From: Chitinophagales bacterium
GTDB taxonomy: Bacteria > Bacteroidota > Bacteroidia > Chitinophagales > CAIODY01
Reading direction: 5' to 3'
DNA length: 64,000 nucleotides
Assembly: GCA_026461075.1 (NCBI GenBank)
Contig: JAPJNH010000051.1
Location: 1,816 to 65,815 of the forward strand
The notes beneath the pieces were generated by a model. That model worked only from the letters and a program-made list of their open reading frames with translations, was not told the DNA's origin and did no database searches. Shown here in pieces: positions 1 to 9,060 of this stretch. Both the position numbers and the translations under genes were made by a program. The number at the start of each line of letters is the position of its first letter. Within the stretch, counting starts at the first letter, position 1.

Positions 1-683
1 AACAAGGCTATCGTACGAAGAAACACATCACATTGGATGAGATCGGTCGTCGTTTGGCACTTGGAAACTTCAAACAGTTGAACATCTTGGTGAAAGCCGA
101 CGTGGACGGTTCTGTAGAAGCATTGAGCGATTCATTGATCAAGTTGTCTAACGAAGAGATTCAAGTAAATGTGGTATTGAAAGCAGTTGGTCAGATCTCT
201 GAAAGTGATATCCTATTGGCTTCCGCTTCCGATGCGATTGTCATTGGTTTCAACGTTCGTCCAAGCTTACAAGCACGTAAGTTGGCAGAACAAGAAAATA
301 TCGAGGTTAAACAATACTCTATCATCTACGATGCAATCGAAGAATTAAAAGCTGCGATTGAAGGTATGATGGTTCCGAAAACGGAAGAGAAGATTGTTGC
401 CAATATCGAAATCCGTGAGGTATTCAAGATTACCAAAGTGGGTAACGTAGCTGGTTGTTACGTTCTCGATGGTAAGATGAATAGAAATGCGAAGATTCGT
501 ATCATCCGCGATGGTATCGTAATCTATGGCGGTGAATTGGCTGCTTTAAAACGTTTCAAAGACGATGTTAAAGAAGTTTCTGCCGGTATGGAATGCGGTT
601 TGAGCATTAAGAATTACAATGACATTAAAGTAGGCGACGTCGTAGAAGCGTACGAAGATGTAGAAGTAAAAAAGAAAATTTAA
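1..683 (+). CDS. infB: Translation initiation factor IF-2, C-terminal part (5' end lies outside the window)
   Basis: The reading frame is open from the left edge (track ORF 33..683). The translation ...[16 protein letters not shown]...GFNVRP...[26 protein letters not shown] is typical of the IF-2 C-terminal domains. Confidence 0.9.
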   Translation, partial: QGYRTKKHITLDEIGRRLALGNFKQLNILVKADVDGSVEALSDSLIKLSNEEIQVNVVLKAVGQISESDILLASASDAIVIGFNVRPSLQARKLAEQENIEVKQYSIIYDAIEELKAAIEGMMVPKTEEKIVANIEIREVFKITKVGNVAGCYVLDGKMNRNAKIRIIRDGIVIYGGELAALKRFKDDVKEVSAGMECGLSIKNYNDIKVGDVVEAYEDVEVKKKI

Positions 684-700
684 TCGTTTAACACACAATA

Positions 701-750
701 AAAACCCGACATGCTGCGTTATTTAAGCGATATGTCGGGTTTTATTTTTT
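701..750 (+). terminator. Intrinsic terminator after infB
   Basis: The stem CCCGACAT (705-712) pairs with ATGTCGGG (732-739) and is followed by a T-run. Confidence 0.7.
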
Positions 751-754
751 AAGT

Positions 755-1579
755 ATGGGACAGAGAATCATCTGGGGAATTGTTTACGGAGTCGTGCTTA
801 TTGGCACCTTATTAAGTGGTAATGCCATCGCCTTAGCTATTTTGCTGAGTGCCATTACAGTATTATGTCTGAATGAGTTTTTCGTAATGATGACACAGGC
901 CTTGCCTAGCTTTCAAAATAGACTTTCCTTTTACCAAAGTTGGGGCGTTTATGGAGGTGCTTTGGTGGTGTTGCTCGGTTCGTTGACTTTTGCAGGATTA
1001 GTATTTCCTATGTTCTTTTATGCAGCTTGTATGCTTTTATACTTACCATTCCTCGCGGAACTATTTGCTAAAGAAGGGGATCGTAATTTCCTAAATATCG
1101 GAATTTGGGGTGCTTCGTTACTATACGTTGTACTGCCGATGCTTGCGGCAAATGTAATCGCTTATCACAATGGGCACTTACAATGGCAAGGATTATTAGG
1201 ATTGTTTATCCTTATCTGGACAAACGATAGCATGCAATATTTTACAGGCAAAGCAATTGGCAAACATCCACTTTACCCTAGCGTATCTCCGAAGAAAACT
1301 ATTGAAGGGGCAATTGGAGGAGTAGTGTTTACCACTGCTGCTGGATATCTTTTATCCATTTATTGGCACTGTTTCGACAGTAAACATTGGATGCTATTAG
1401 CAGCGACAACCGCTGTTTTCGGCATTATTGGCGACTTAATCGAATCGGTTTTGAAAAGACAAATTGGTATTAAAGATAGCGGCAAGTTTCTTCCTGGTCA
1501 TGGTGGAGCATTAGATCGCTTTGATTCCCTTTTAATAGTAACGCCTTTAGCTGCTTTACTATTATTGATGTGGCCTTAA
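755..1579 (+). CDS. cdsA: Phosphatidate cytidylyltransferase
   Basis: Polytopic membrane protein carrying the CdsA signature ...SPKKTIEGAIGG...GDLIESVLKRQIGIKDSGKFLPGHGGALDRFDS. Confidence 0.85.
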   Translation: MGQRIIWGIVYGVVLIGTLLSGNAIALAILLSAITVLCLNEFFVMMTQALPSFQNRLSFYQSWGVYGGALVVLLGSLTFAGLVFPMFFYAACMLLYLPFLAELFAKEGDRNFLNIGIWGASLLYVVLPMLAANVIAYHNGHLQWQGLLGLFILIWTNDSMQYFTGKAIGKHPLYPSVSPKKTIEGAIGGVVFTTAAGYLLSIYWHCFDSKHWMLLAATTAVFGIIGDLIESVLKRQIGIKDSGKFLPGHGGALDRFDSLLIVTPLAALLLLMWP

Positions 1580-2280
1580 ACATTCCTTTTAAAGAACTTC
1601 GTGCAGAACTCTTGCATTGGCTCTACCCTTTGTATTGCCCTTGCTGTGCACGCAGTGTAGCGAATAATCCAAGAGGGATTTGCCATAGCTGTTTACAACG
1701 CTTACCTATCAGTCCATATCATCTTAGCAATGAAAATCCGATAATGGAACGGCTCTATGGCCGTATCCCTATTCAGCGAGGCATGTCTATGCTCCGTTAC
1801 GAAAAATCTGGTATGGCACAAGCGCTAATCCATGCCTTAAAGTATGAACGCCGTCCAGAGATTGGCGTCACCTTAGGACAGAAATACGGCCATAAAATCC
1901 TTCAGAAAAGCACTGCCCCTAGCGATTTGTTCGATGCAATTATTCCTGTTCCGCTTCACGAAAAAAAACGTCTGAAGAGAGGCTATAATCAAAGTGAAGA
2001 ATTCGCCAAGGGCATGTCGCAAGGTCTGAATATACCCATCTACGACCAGGTATTACTTCGACAAAGAAATGCACAAACACAAACAGCCCTTAGTAGAGAA
2101 CAACGATGGAATAATGTAGCGCAAGACTATATCCTGCAACAATCCGAAACGCTAGAAGGCAAACACCTATTATTAGTGGATGATGTCTTAACGACAGGCG
2201 CAACGCTAGAAGCGTGTGGCAGGCTCCTATTAAGTATCCCAGGACTTAGTCTCAGTGTAGCAACGATAGCGATTGCCTAA
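1570..2280 (+). CDS. ComF-family phosphoribosyltransferase-fold protein
   Basis: GTG start overlapping the cdsA stop. N-terminal Cys pairs (CPCC...CHSC) plus a C-terminal PRTase motif LLLVDDVLTTGATL. Confidence 0.7.
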   Translation: MALNIPFKELRAELLHWLYPLYCPCCARSVANNPRGICHSCLQRLPISPYHLSNENPIMERLYGRIPIQRGMSMLRYEKSGMAQALIHALKYERRPEIGVTLGQKYGHKILQKSTAPSDLFDAIIPVPLHEKKRLKRGYNQSEEFAKGMSQGLNIPIYDQVLLRQRNAQTQTALSREQRWNNVAQDYILQQSETLEGKHLLLVDDVLTTGATLEACGRLLLSIPGLSLSVATIAIA

Positions 2281-5076
2281 TTATCTGAAGGTGCTTAATA
2301 CCTGCATTAAATCTGCTTCCGTCTTGAAACGTACTTCACGCGGCTTGCTACCCTGTGAAGGACCGACAATACCTGCAGCTTCTAACTGATCCATAATTCT
2401 ACCTGCACGGTTATATCCCAACTTCAACTTACGTTGAATCATAGAAGTACTCCCCTGCTGTGTAGCGACAATGATTTTAGCGGCTTCTTCGAAATACTCG
2501 TCGCGTTCATCGCCCAATTCGATGTCACCAATTTCTTTATCATTCGGATCGACATATTCAGGCAAAAGATGTGCAGTGCCATAACCTTGCTGCTCGGAGA
2601 TATGCTCTACAATCGCTTCAATTTCCGGCGTATCACAGAAGGCACATTGCACACGCAACAGCTCTCCGCCATGCGACAATAACATATCACCTTTACCTAT
2701 TAATTGTTCTGCACCGCCCGTATCTAAAATGGTACGTGAGTCAATCTTTGAAGAAACTTTAAAGGCGATACGTGCTGGGAAGTTCGCTTTGATTGTACCT
2801 GTGATAATGTTTACAGATGGACGTTGTGTCGCGATAATCAAATGTATTCCCACCGCACGCGCTAACTGGGCAATACGTGCAATCGGCATCTCCACTTCTT
2901 TGCCTGCAGTCATGATTAAATCCGCGAACTCATCAATCACCACGACAATATAAGGCAAGTATTCATGTCCGCGCATCGGATTTAATTTGCGGGCAGAAAA
3001 CTTCCGATTATACTCCATAATATTTTTACAAATCGCGTCCTTCAACAGATCATAACGACGATCCATTTCAATACATAAGGAATTGAGTGTGGCCACTACT
3101 TTCTTAGTATCTGTAATGATTGGTTCTTCTTCGTTAGGCAATTTCGCCAAGAAATGCTTCTCAATCACCTTATAAATACTCAACTCCACTTTCTTTGGAT
3201 CGACCATTACAAACTTCAATTGCGAAGGATGTTTCTTGTACAACAGAGAAACAAGCAAGGCATTTAAACCAACAGACTTACCCTGACCTGTAGCACCGGC
3301 CATCAATAAGTGCGGCATTTTGGCGAGGTCGACTACAATATTTTCGTTGGCGATGTTCTTTCCGATTGCCACGGGCAATTCCATATTGGCATTCACAAAC
3401 TTCTCGCTTGCGAGCAAGGAACGCATGCCTACGATTTCTTTTTTGATATTCGGAACTTCGATACCAATGGTTCCTTTACCAGGGATAGGCGCGATGATAC
3501 GAATCCCTAAGGCTGCTAAGGAAAGCGCGATATCATCTTCTAAGTTTTTGATCTTAGAGATACGCACGCCCGGTGCAGGCACTATCTCATACAAGGTAAC
3601 GGTTGGTCCGATTGTCGCTTTGATCTTATCGATGGAGATTCCATAATTTGAAAGCGTATTAACAATCTGATTCTTGTTTTGCTCCAACTCATCCTTCGTT
3701 ACCGAATTCCCTTCGTTCATATACTCATTCAACAAATCAAGTGTTGGATATTTGTAATAAGAAAGATCTTTAGTTGGATCGTAATCTTCCATCCCTCCTA
3801 CCGCAGTAACATCTAGCGCCTTCTCTTCAATCTTCGGCGCAATGTCCATTTTCGGTCCTTCTTCAGGCTTACTATCTTCTACCGTGAATTCAGGTTCTGC
3901 AGATCTTGGCTCTTTCGTTGGAGCTTTATAACTCACAACTTCGAATGGATCTTCCTCCTCTTCTTCCTCTTCTTGAATGTTCTCTTCTATTTCTTCCATT
4001 TCGTCTTCCATATCTGGCTGATTCATGGCAGCCAAACTTTCTGCAACGAAGCTCACGGCAGCAGCTTGTTCAGGCTTCGGTCGCTCACTTATTTCAAAAG
4101 AAGCAGCGGCGTTATTATCTTTCAATTCCGGTTGTTCAACGCTTGTTGTGGCAACCACAATTTCAGTAGGATTTGTTTCCGTGATCTCAATGCTAGCATC
4201 CTCTGCGATAGCATCTGCGGGAACACCTTGATAGGTGATGGTGGCGCCATTATCAATCGGAGACGGGTTTACGCTAGGAGCGAATGCCTCTTTCATTGCC
4301 TCTGCTTCGGCAGAAAAAGCGTTATCGAAAACAACAGGACCTGCGGTTTCAGAAACGGCGGCGGCAGCGCGCATAGCGGCTTCATGCGCTGCATTGCGAC
4401 GACGATCGAGCCATGCCGTAAGCCATTCCATTTCAAAATTCAAATTGTATACAGCGACTAAATAGATGATTAATCCTACAAACAAAATCGCGCCTGTGCC
4501 GATAGCACCTACAAAACCAGTTAAATAACTGCTGATAGCATCGCCCATTGCGCCGCCCCAGGCAAAGCCTGAACTAGGCGTTACAAAACTCAATAAAGTC
4601 GTCAACCAAAAGGTTGTTAAAATACCGAATTGGGTCAATGACCAGGTAGGCAATTTAAAGTTCTTACGCATCAAGTTGATGCCAAATGCCATCAAGACCA
4701 CACTCCAAAAATAAGCGGCAATCCCCACTCCATCGTAAATGCACCAATGCGCGATAAACGCACCCCAGCTGCCGATAGTATTGGCGTATTCCAATTTTGC
4801 CACATTAAAAAAGCCACCCAAACTTGCGTTAAAGACTTTATCCTGATCGAGGCGCCATGTGAAGGAATAGGAACAAAAAGCAACGAATGATAAAAAAGAA
4901 AGGACAGCGATAAGCAAGCCTGAAATCGTTTTCCAGCGCTGATCAGAGGCTATCTGTGTTGCAGCCATCTCATCTTCCATTTGGGTTTCGTTCAGCTGAA
5001 ATCCTTTTGAATCAGCATTTTGCTTTGCTGCTTTTTTAACGGTAGAGTCTTTTTTTGCCATAGTAGTGAATACCAC
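2281..5076 (-). CDS. ftsK: DNA translocase FtsK/SpoIIIE
   Basis: N-terminal TM helices, an acidic low-complexity linker (EEEEEEEDPFE), a Walker A motif GATGQGKS, and a C-terminal winged-helix gamma domain (STSMIQRKLKLGYNRAGRIMDQLE). The start is either GTG 5076 or ATG 5061. Confidence 0.9.
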   Translation of the reverse strand: MVFTTMAKKDSTVKKAAKQNADSKGFQLNETQMEDEMAATQIASDQRWKTISGLLIAVLSFLSFVAFCSYSFTWRLDQDKVFNASLGGFFNVAKLEYANTIGSWGAFIAHWCIYDGVGIAAYFWSVVLMAFGINLMRKNFKLPTWSLTQFGILTTFWLTTLLSFVTPSSGFAWGGAMGDAISSYLTGFVGAIGTGAILFVGLIIYLVAVYNLNFEMEWLTAWLDRRRNAAHEAAMRAAAAVSETAGPVVFDNAFSAEAEAMKEAFAPSVNPSPIDNGATITYQGVPADAIAEDASIEITETNPTEIVVATTSVEQPELKDNNAAASFEISERPKPEQAAAVSFVAESLAAMNQPDMEDEMEEIEENIQEEEEEEEDPFEVVSYKAPTKEPRSAEPEFTVEDSKPEEGPKMDIAPKIEEKALDVTAVGGMEDYDPTKDLSYYKYPTLDLLNEYMNEGNSVTKDELEQNKNQIVNTLSNYGISIDKIKATIGPTVTLYEIVPAPGVRISKIKNLEDDIALSLAALGIRIIAPIPGKGTIGIEVPNIKKEIVGMRSLLASEKFVNANMELPVAIGKNIANENIVVDLAKMPHLLMAGATGQGKSVGLNALLVSLLYKKHPSQLKFVMVDPKKVELSIYKVIEKHFLAKLPNEEEPIITDTKKVVATLNSLCIEMDRRYDLLKDAICKNIMEYNRKFSARKLNPMRGHEYLPYIVVVIDEFADLIMTAGKEVEMPIARIAQLARAVGIHLIIATQRPSVNIITGTIKANFPARIAFKVSSKIDSRTILDTGGAEQLIGKGDMLLSHGGELLRVQCAFCDTPEIEAIVEHISEQQGYGTAHLLPEYVDPNDKEIGDIELGDERDEYFEEAAKIIVATQQGSTSMIQRKLKLGYNRAGRIMDQLEAAGIVGPSQGSKPREVRFKTEADLMQVLSTFR

Positions 5077-5182
5077 AGCAAATTACGGAAGCGCGCGCAG
5101 CAAACCATTAGACGTTGTGAACAGCAAAAAATAAGTAGGTGTAAAATGTTTATTAAAAAGGACGAAAAAACAGCCCCAAAAG

Positions 5183-5911
5183 CTATTTGACCGCCTTTTC
5201 CATCCGTAGGATAACGACCCCTAATAAACCTTCTTTAAAAATCTTAGTAGACATCTTAGAAATCCCTTTCTCACGATCTTTGAAGGTAATCGGCACTTCT
5301 TTAATGCGTGCACCTTTTAGAAATGATTTGTATTTCATTTCGATTTGAAAGGCATAGCCAATAAAACGAACGCGATCTAAATTTATTCTTTCAAGAATTT
5401 CACGCTTATAGCAGATGAAGCCCGCCGTTGGGTCCTTCACAGGCATGCCCGTGATTAGTCGAACATAAAGCGAAGCACCGTAGCTAAGCATTAGTCGATT
5501 CAAGGGCCAATTCTGCACCTTCCCTCCTTTCGTATAACGGCTACCGACAGCGATATCGAACTTATCCTCCGTACAAGCTTTCTCTAATGAAGCGAGCGCT
5601 TCTGGCGGATGCGAGAAGTCGCAATCCATTTCAAAAACAAGGTCGTAACCACGTTCTAAAGCCCATCTGAAGCCTGCAATATAGGCTCGTCCTAAACCAG
5701 CCTTTTGCGTACGTTCCATTAAATGTAAACGCCCGTTAAACTGTGGCATCATCTCTTTAACAATCGTTGCGGTTCCATCCGGAGAGCCATCATCGATAAT
5801 TAGAATTTCATAATGCGCAGCCATCGAAAGCACATGCGGCACCAAACTGCCGACATTCTCGCTTTCGTTATAGGTAGGAATCAGGATAATTACTTTCGGA
5901 GGCATCTGCAT
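5183..5911 (-). CDS. GT2 glycosyltransferase, polyprenol-phosphate mannose/glucose synthase-like
   Basis: IIPTYNESENV...IIDDGSPDGT...DCDFSHPP motifs typical of the Dpm1-like GT2 family. Confidence 0.8.
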   Translation of the reverse strand: MQMPPKVIILIPTYNESENVGSLVPHVLSMAAHYEILIIDDGSPDGTATIVKEMMPQFNGRLHLMERTQKAGLGRAYIAGFRWALERGYDLVFEMDCDFSHPPEALASLEKACTEDKFDIAVGSRYTKGGKVQNWPLNRLMLSYGASLYVRLITGMPVKDPTAGFICYKREILERINLDRVRFIGYAFQIEMKYKSFLKGARIKEVPITFKDREKGISKMSTKIFKEGLLGVVILRMEKAVK

Positions 5912-6798
5912 TATCCTATCATTTTATCTTTTAACTCTTTCAACTTAGCCTTAGAATGAAGCGGAAAATCTGCTTCCATAAACCATTTATAATAGCCTGG
6001 ATCTTTACGCAAAACCTCCTCTACAGGCATATCCTTATATTTTCCAAAATTGAAACATGCCTTACCATAACGCTCTACAAAGCGACGGGCCATGTCGATG
6101 ATTTTACCGGAATTATCCTCACTATACTTTGCTAAAAAGTAAACGTCATTTTGCAATTCTGCATAACGTTCCAACTGCGCTAGTAAAACCTCATAAGTAG
6201 CCTGAATATCGGCCATCGCGCTATGCGCATTCTCCAATTTCTTCCCACAATAAAACAAATAGGCCGCCTCTAAAGTACGACGCTCCATTTTATGGAAGAT
6301 ACGCTGTACATCCACACATAAACGAGCTTCTACATGAATATCAATTCCACAACGTAGCAGTTCTTCTACTAGCATGGGGATATCAAACTTATTACTGTTG
6401 AACCCGCCAAAATCACAATCTTCTAAAAATGTATTCACCTCTAAAGCAATCGCTCCAAATAAGGGTTTATCCTTTACCATATCATCCGTAAAACCATGTA
6501 CTGCAGCGGCTTCGGCAGGAATTGGCATCCCTGGATTACATACTTGGTGGTATTTTTCTAGATTGCCGTCCGGCAATACTTTGATAATTGCAATTTCTAT
6601 AATACGATCCTTGGCCACATCTACGCCAGTAGTTTCTAGATCAAAAAAGGCAAGAGGTCGTTGTAACTGCAAAGCACTCACGGATAATGGTTTTAAAGGA
6701 TTTAAATCGTATGTACGCAATAATTCCTTTGTCTTTTCAAGCTTCGACCGTTTTCGATCATTTTTCAAGGGTTCGCCAAATAAATCTAAGCCAGACAC
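5911..6798 (-). CDS. DnaQ/ExoX-like 3'-5' exonuclease with an ExoX-like C-terminal domain
   Basis: DEDDh motifs (FFDLETTG, HGFTDDM, HSAMADI) and a C-terminal FGKYKDMPVEEVLRKDPGYYKW segment. GTG start. Its stop overlaps the GT2 start by 1 nt (TAATG). Confidence 0.75.
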   Translation of the reverse strand: MSGLDLFGEPLKNDRKRSKLEKTKELLRTYDLNPLKPLSVSALQLQRPLAFFDLETTGVDVAKDRIIEIAIIKVLPDGNLEKYHQVCNPGMPIPAEAAAVHGFTDDMVKDKPLFGAIALEVNTFLEDCDFGGFNSNKFDIPMLVEELLRCGIDIHVEARLCVDVQRIFHKMERRTLEAAYLFYCGKKLENAHSAMADIQATYEVLLAQLERYAELQNDVYFLAKYSEDNSGKIIDMARRFVERYGKACFNFGKYKDMPVEEVLRKDPGYYKWFMEADFPLHSKAKLKELKDKMIG

Positions 6799-6861
6799 GA
6801 CAAAAGTTTAGAACTCAAATATAAGTAATTCAACGACTATAATGCTAAAATCATAATGCCT

Positions 6862-6877
6862 TGTGAATGATTTCACA
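6862..6877. promoter_or_regulatory. Candidate Crp/Fnr-family operator TGTGA-N6-TCACA
   Basis: Perfect TGTGAatgattTCACA (extended palindrome 6861-6878), lying 18 nt upstream of a TAaaTTTG -7 box. Confidence 0.35.
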
Positions 6878-6894
6878 ATTCGGTAAGTAGTGCT

Positions 6895-6902
6895 TAAATT
6901 TG
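6895..6902 (+). promoter_or_regulatory. Bacteroidota -7 box TAaaTTTG for the bacilliredoxin-like gene
   Basis: Exact TAnnTTTG match, 17 nt before ATG 6920. It lies inside the ORF extension called from GTG 6890, which argues for the ATG 6920 start. Confidence 0.5.
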
Positions 6903-6919
6903 TAAAAAATAATCCAATT

Positions 6920-7333
6920 ATGTATCCAGCAGAAATCGTAAATCCGATGAAAGCAGAAATGACTGCCGTAGGATTTCAAGAGTTAACAACGCCACAGCAA
7001 GTGGATGATATGATGCAAGCAGGGGGTACAACCCTTGTATTTTTTAACAGCGTTTGTGGCTGTGCTGCAGGTTCGGCTCGCCCGGGTGTTAAAATGGCTG
7101 TTCAAAACAGTGCTAAAAAGCCGCATCATTTAACGACTGTATTTGCAGGTTTTGATGTGGATGCCGTTAAGCAAGCACGTACCTACACTTTACCTTATCC
7201 TCCATCTTCTCCTTGTATCGCCCTTTTCAAGGATGGTCAAATCGTTCATTTCATCGAACGTCACCATATTGAAGGTCGTTCAGCTGATATGGTTGCTCAA
7301 AATTTGATGGGCGCTTTCGAAGAACATTGCTAA
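6920..7333 (+). CDS. Bacilliredoxin-like thiol oxidoreductase (YphP/YqiW, DUF1094 family)
   Basis: FFNSVCGCAAGSARP motif with overall YphP-like length and order. The start is trimmed from GTG 6890 to ATG 6920. Confidence 0.7.
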   Translation: MYPAEIVNPMKAEMTAVGFQELTTPQQVDDMMQAGGTTLVFFNSVCGCAAGSARPGVKMAVQNSAKKPHHLTTVFAGFDVDAVKQARTYTLPYPPSSPCIALFKDGQIVHFIERHHIEGRSADMVAQNLMGAFEEHC

Positions 7334-7353
7334 AATTTACAGCATCTATAAAA

Positions 7354-7388
7354 AGGCTATACATTGCGAATGTGTAGCCTTTTTTTTA
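7354..7388 (+). terminator. Intrinsic terminator
   Basis: GGCTATACAT / ATGTGTAGCC stem followed by T8. Confidence 0.6.
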
Positions 7389-7410
7389 TATTCGCATAAA
7401 CCTTAACCAC

Positions 7411-8193
7411 ATGAAAAAAATATTTACACTCCTATTTTGTTTAACAACACTTGGCTTCGCAAGTAAATTACATGCACAATGTACGCCTGATTTAAGCTGG
7501 AATACTTCTGGCATTCGCCCAGACAGCACCACCAACTTGCCAGATGGTTGCGAAAATATCCCTTACTCTACGCAAATGGACATTTACGTTCCGGATTCTG
7601 TGCACCAAATGCAGATGGGACAAGATGTAGCGATTTATATCGATTCAGTTCGTTTATTAAGTGTTACGGGCTTACCTCCAGGAATGTCTTATGTAACCAA
7701 TCCTGCGAACGGCAAATTCCCGAAATTTGCGCACGGCTGTGCTTTAATTTCAGGCACTTGCTCAACGCCTGGCACTTACAACCTACAAGTGATTACCAAA
7801 GCATCTGTTCGTCTATTATTACCTTTCCTTCCTGCAACGGTACGTTATGACACGGTAAACTATTACCGTATCGTAATCAATGCGGCAGGCGGTGCAAACT
7901 GTAATGTTGGTATTGAAAACCATTTGGATCCTACTGAAATGGGTATTCATAGTGTAGTTGCGAATGCTAACGATCATTATTTACAAGTGACTTGTAATGC
8001 CCCGGCAAATCTTCCTAGCCAGTTTCGTGTAGTGAATTCTATCGGTCAGGTGATTTATCAAAATACGGTGACAACCCAACAAGGTTATCAAATTATTCGC
8101 TTGAACGACTTTAATGCAGAAAACGGAATTTACGTTTTACAAATGCAACAAGGCAATCAATTCAAGTCGTACAAACTACAAGTAATTAAGTAA
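7411..8193 (+). CDS. Secreted protein with a T9SS C-terminal sorting domain
   Basis: Signal peptide MKKIFTLLFCLTTLGFASKLHAQ and a C-terminal Por-secretion-tail-like segment ...NGIYVLQMQQGNQFKSYKLQVIK. Confidence 0.7.
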   Translation: MKKIFTLLFCLTTLGFASKLHAQCTPDLSWNTSGIRPDSTTNLPDGCENIPYSTQMDIYVPDSVHQMQMGQDVAIYIDSVRLLSVTGLPPGMSYVTNPANGKFPKFAHGCALISGTCSTPGTYNLQVITKASVRLLLPFLPATVRYDTVNYYRIVINAAGGANCNVGIENHLDPTEMGIHSVVANANDHYLQVTCNAPANLPSQFRVVNSIGQVIYQNTVTTQQGYQIIRLNDFNAENGIYVLQMQQGNQFKSYKLQVIK

Positions 8194-8206
8194 TTACTTT
8201 TTCATA

Positions 8207-8240
8207 AAGAGCAGGTGTTGTCAAACGCCTGCTCTTTTTA
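8207..8240 (+). terminator. Intrinsic terminator
   Basis: AGAGCAGGTG / CGCCTGCTCT stem followed by a T-run. Confidence 0.6.
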
Positions 8241-8259
8241 TTTCTAAAAAACGCTAAAG

Positions 8260-9024
8260 GTGCCATTATATTATTTACGCTTTGGTTTTGTAGGGACAGG
8301 CTTTCATGGCTATCAGACGCAGGATAATGGACTGCGTACTTCGCAACAAGAGATTGAAGAGAAGTTGAGTGTATTATTCCGTGAAAAGATTACTATAACG
8401 GGAGCCTCACGAACTGATACTGGCGTTCATATTTTAGAGTCCTTTGCTCATTTTAGAACGGAGCAAGAACTGCCACCGAATGCAGTTCGGAGAATGAATT
8501 TCATGCTGCCGGATGATATACAAATCAGTCATCTCAACCTTGCCCCTGAAGGCTTTCACTCGCGTTTCGATGCGATTCAAAGACAGTATATCTATTATAT
8601 CCATTATCACAAGGATCCTTTTTTACTAGACCGTTCATTGCATTTTCCCTATAGGCATCTCGACCTTGATAAAATGAATGAAGCGGCAACGCATTTAAAA
8701 GAGCAAACAGACTTTGCTACCTTTTGTAAACGAAACAGTGATAATAAAACGACACGTTGTAGAATCGATTATATTCAGTGGACTAAGATTGACGAGAATC
8801 GTATTCAATTTGAAGTGCATGCCGATCGCTTTTTACGTGGCATGGTACGTGGATTAGTAGGTACGATGATGAAGGTTGGAAACGGCAAAACAAGTTTTGA
8901 ACGATTCAAAGAAATCGTAGCCTCACATGACAATATCAACGCCGACTTTAGCGTTCCAGGTTGCGGACTGTTCCTCACCCGCGTTAAGTATCCAGATGAT
9001 TTAGAGGCGCAATTACTCCGATAA
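8260..9024 (+). CDS. truA: tRNA pseudouridine(38-40) synthase
   Basis: GTG start. GFHGYQ...GASRTDTGVH (catalytic Asp motif)...FLRGMVRGLVGT. Confidence 0.85.
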   Translation: MPLYYLRFGFVGTGFHGYQTQDNGLRTSQQEIEEKLSVLFREKITITGASRTDTGVHILESFAHFRTEQELPPNAVRRMNFMLPDDIQISHLNLAPEGFHSRFDAIQRQYIYYIHYHKDPFLLDRSLHFPYRHLDLDKMNEAATHLKEQTDFATFCKRNSDNKTTRCRIDYIQWTKIDENRIQFEVHADRFLRGMVRGLVGTMMKVGNGKTSFERFKEIVASHDNINADFSVPGCGLFLTRVKYPDDLEAQLLR

Positions 9025-9060
9025 AAAAAATGCTTGACTTTTCAGTCAAGCATTTTTTTT
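9023..9060. terminator. Bidirectional intrinsic terminator between truA and the adhesin gene
   Basis: A8-TGCTTGACT-tttc-AGTCAAGCA-T8. The 3' T-run overlaps the adhesin stop codon. Confidence 0.7.

Noticed and set aside
3906-4465. Cluster of plus-strand ORFs (87, 162, 68 and 76 aa) antisense to ftsK.
   Set aside because: They lie opposite the low-complexity acidic/Ala-rich linker of FtsK, where the biased composition keeps the opposite strand open. They have no promoter boxes and no recognisable protein features.
6374-6811. 145-aa plus-strand ORF antisense to the exonuclease gene.
   Set aside because: It is fully nested antisense in a well-supported CDS. The sequence is Ser/Lys/Asn-rich with no motifs and is most likely a chance ORF.
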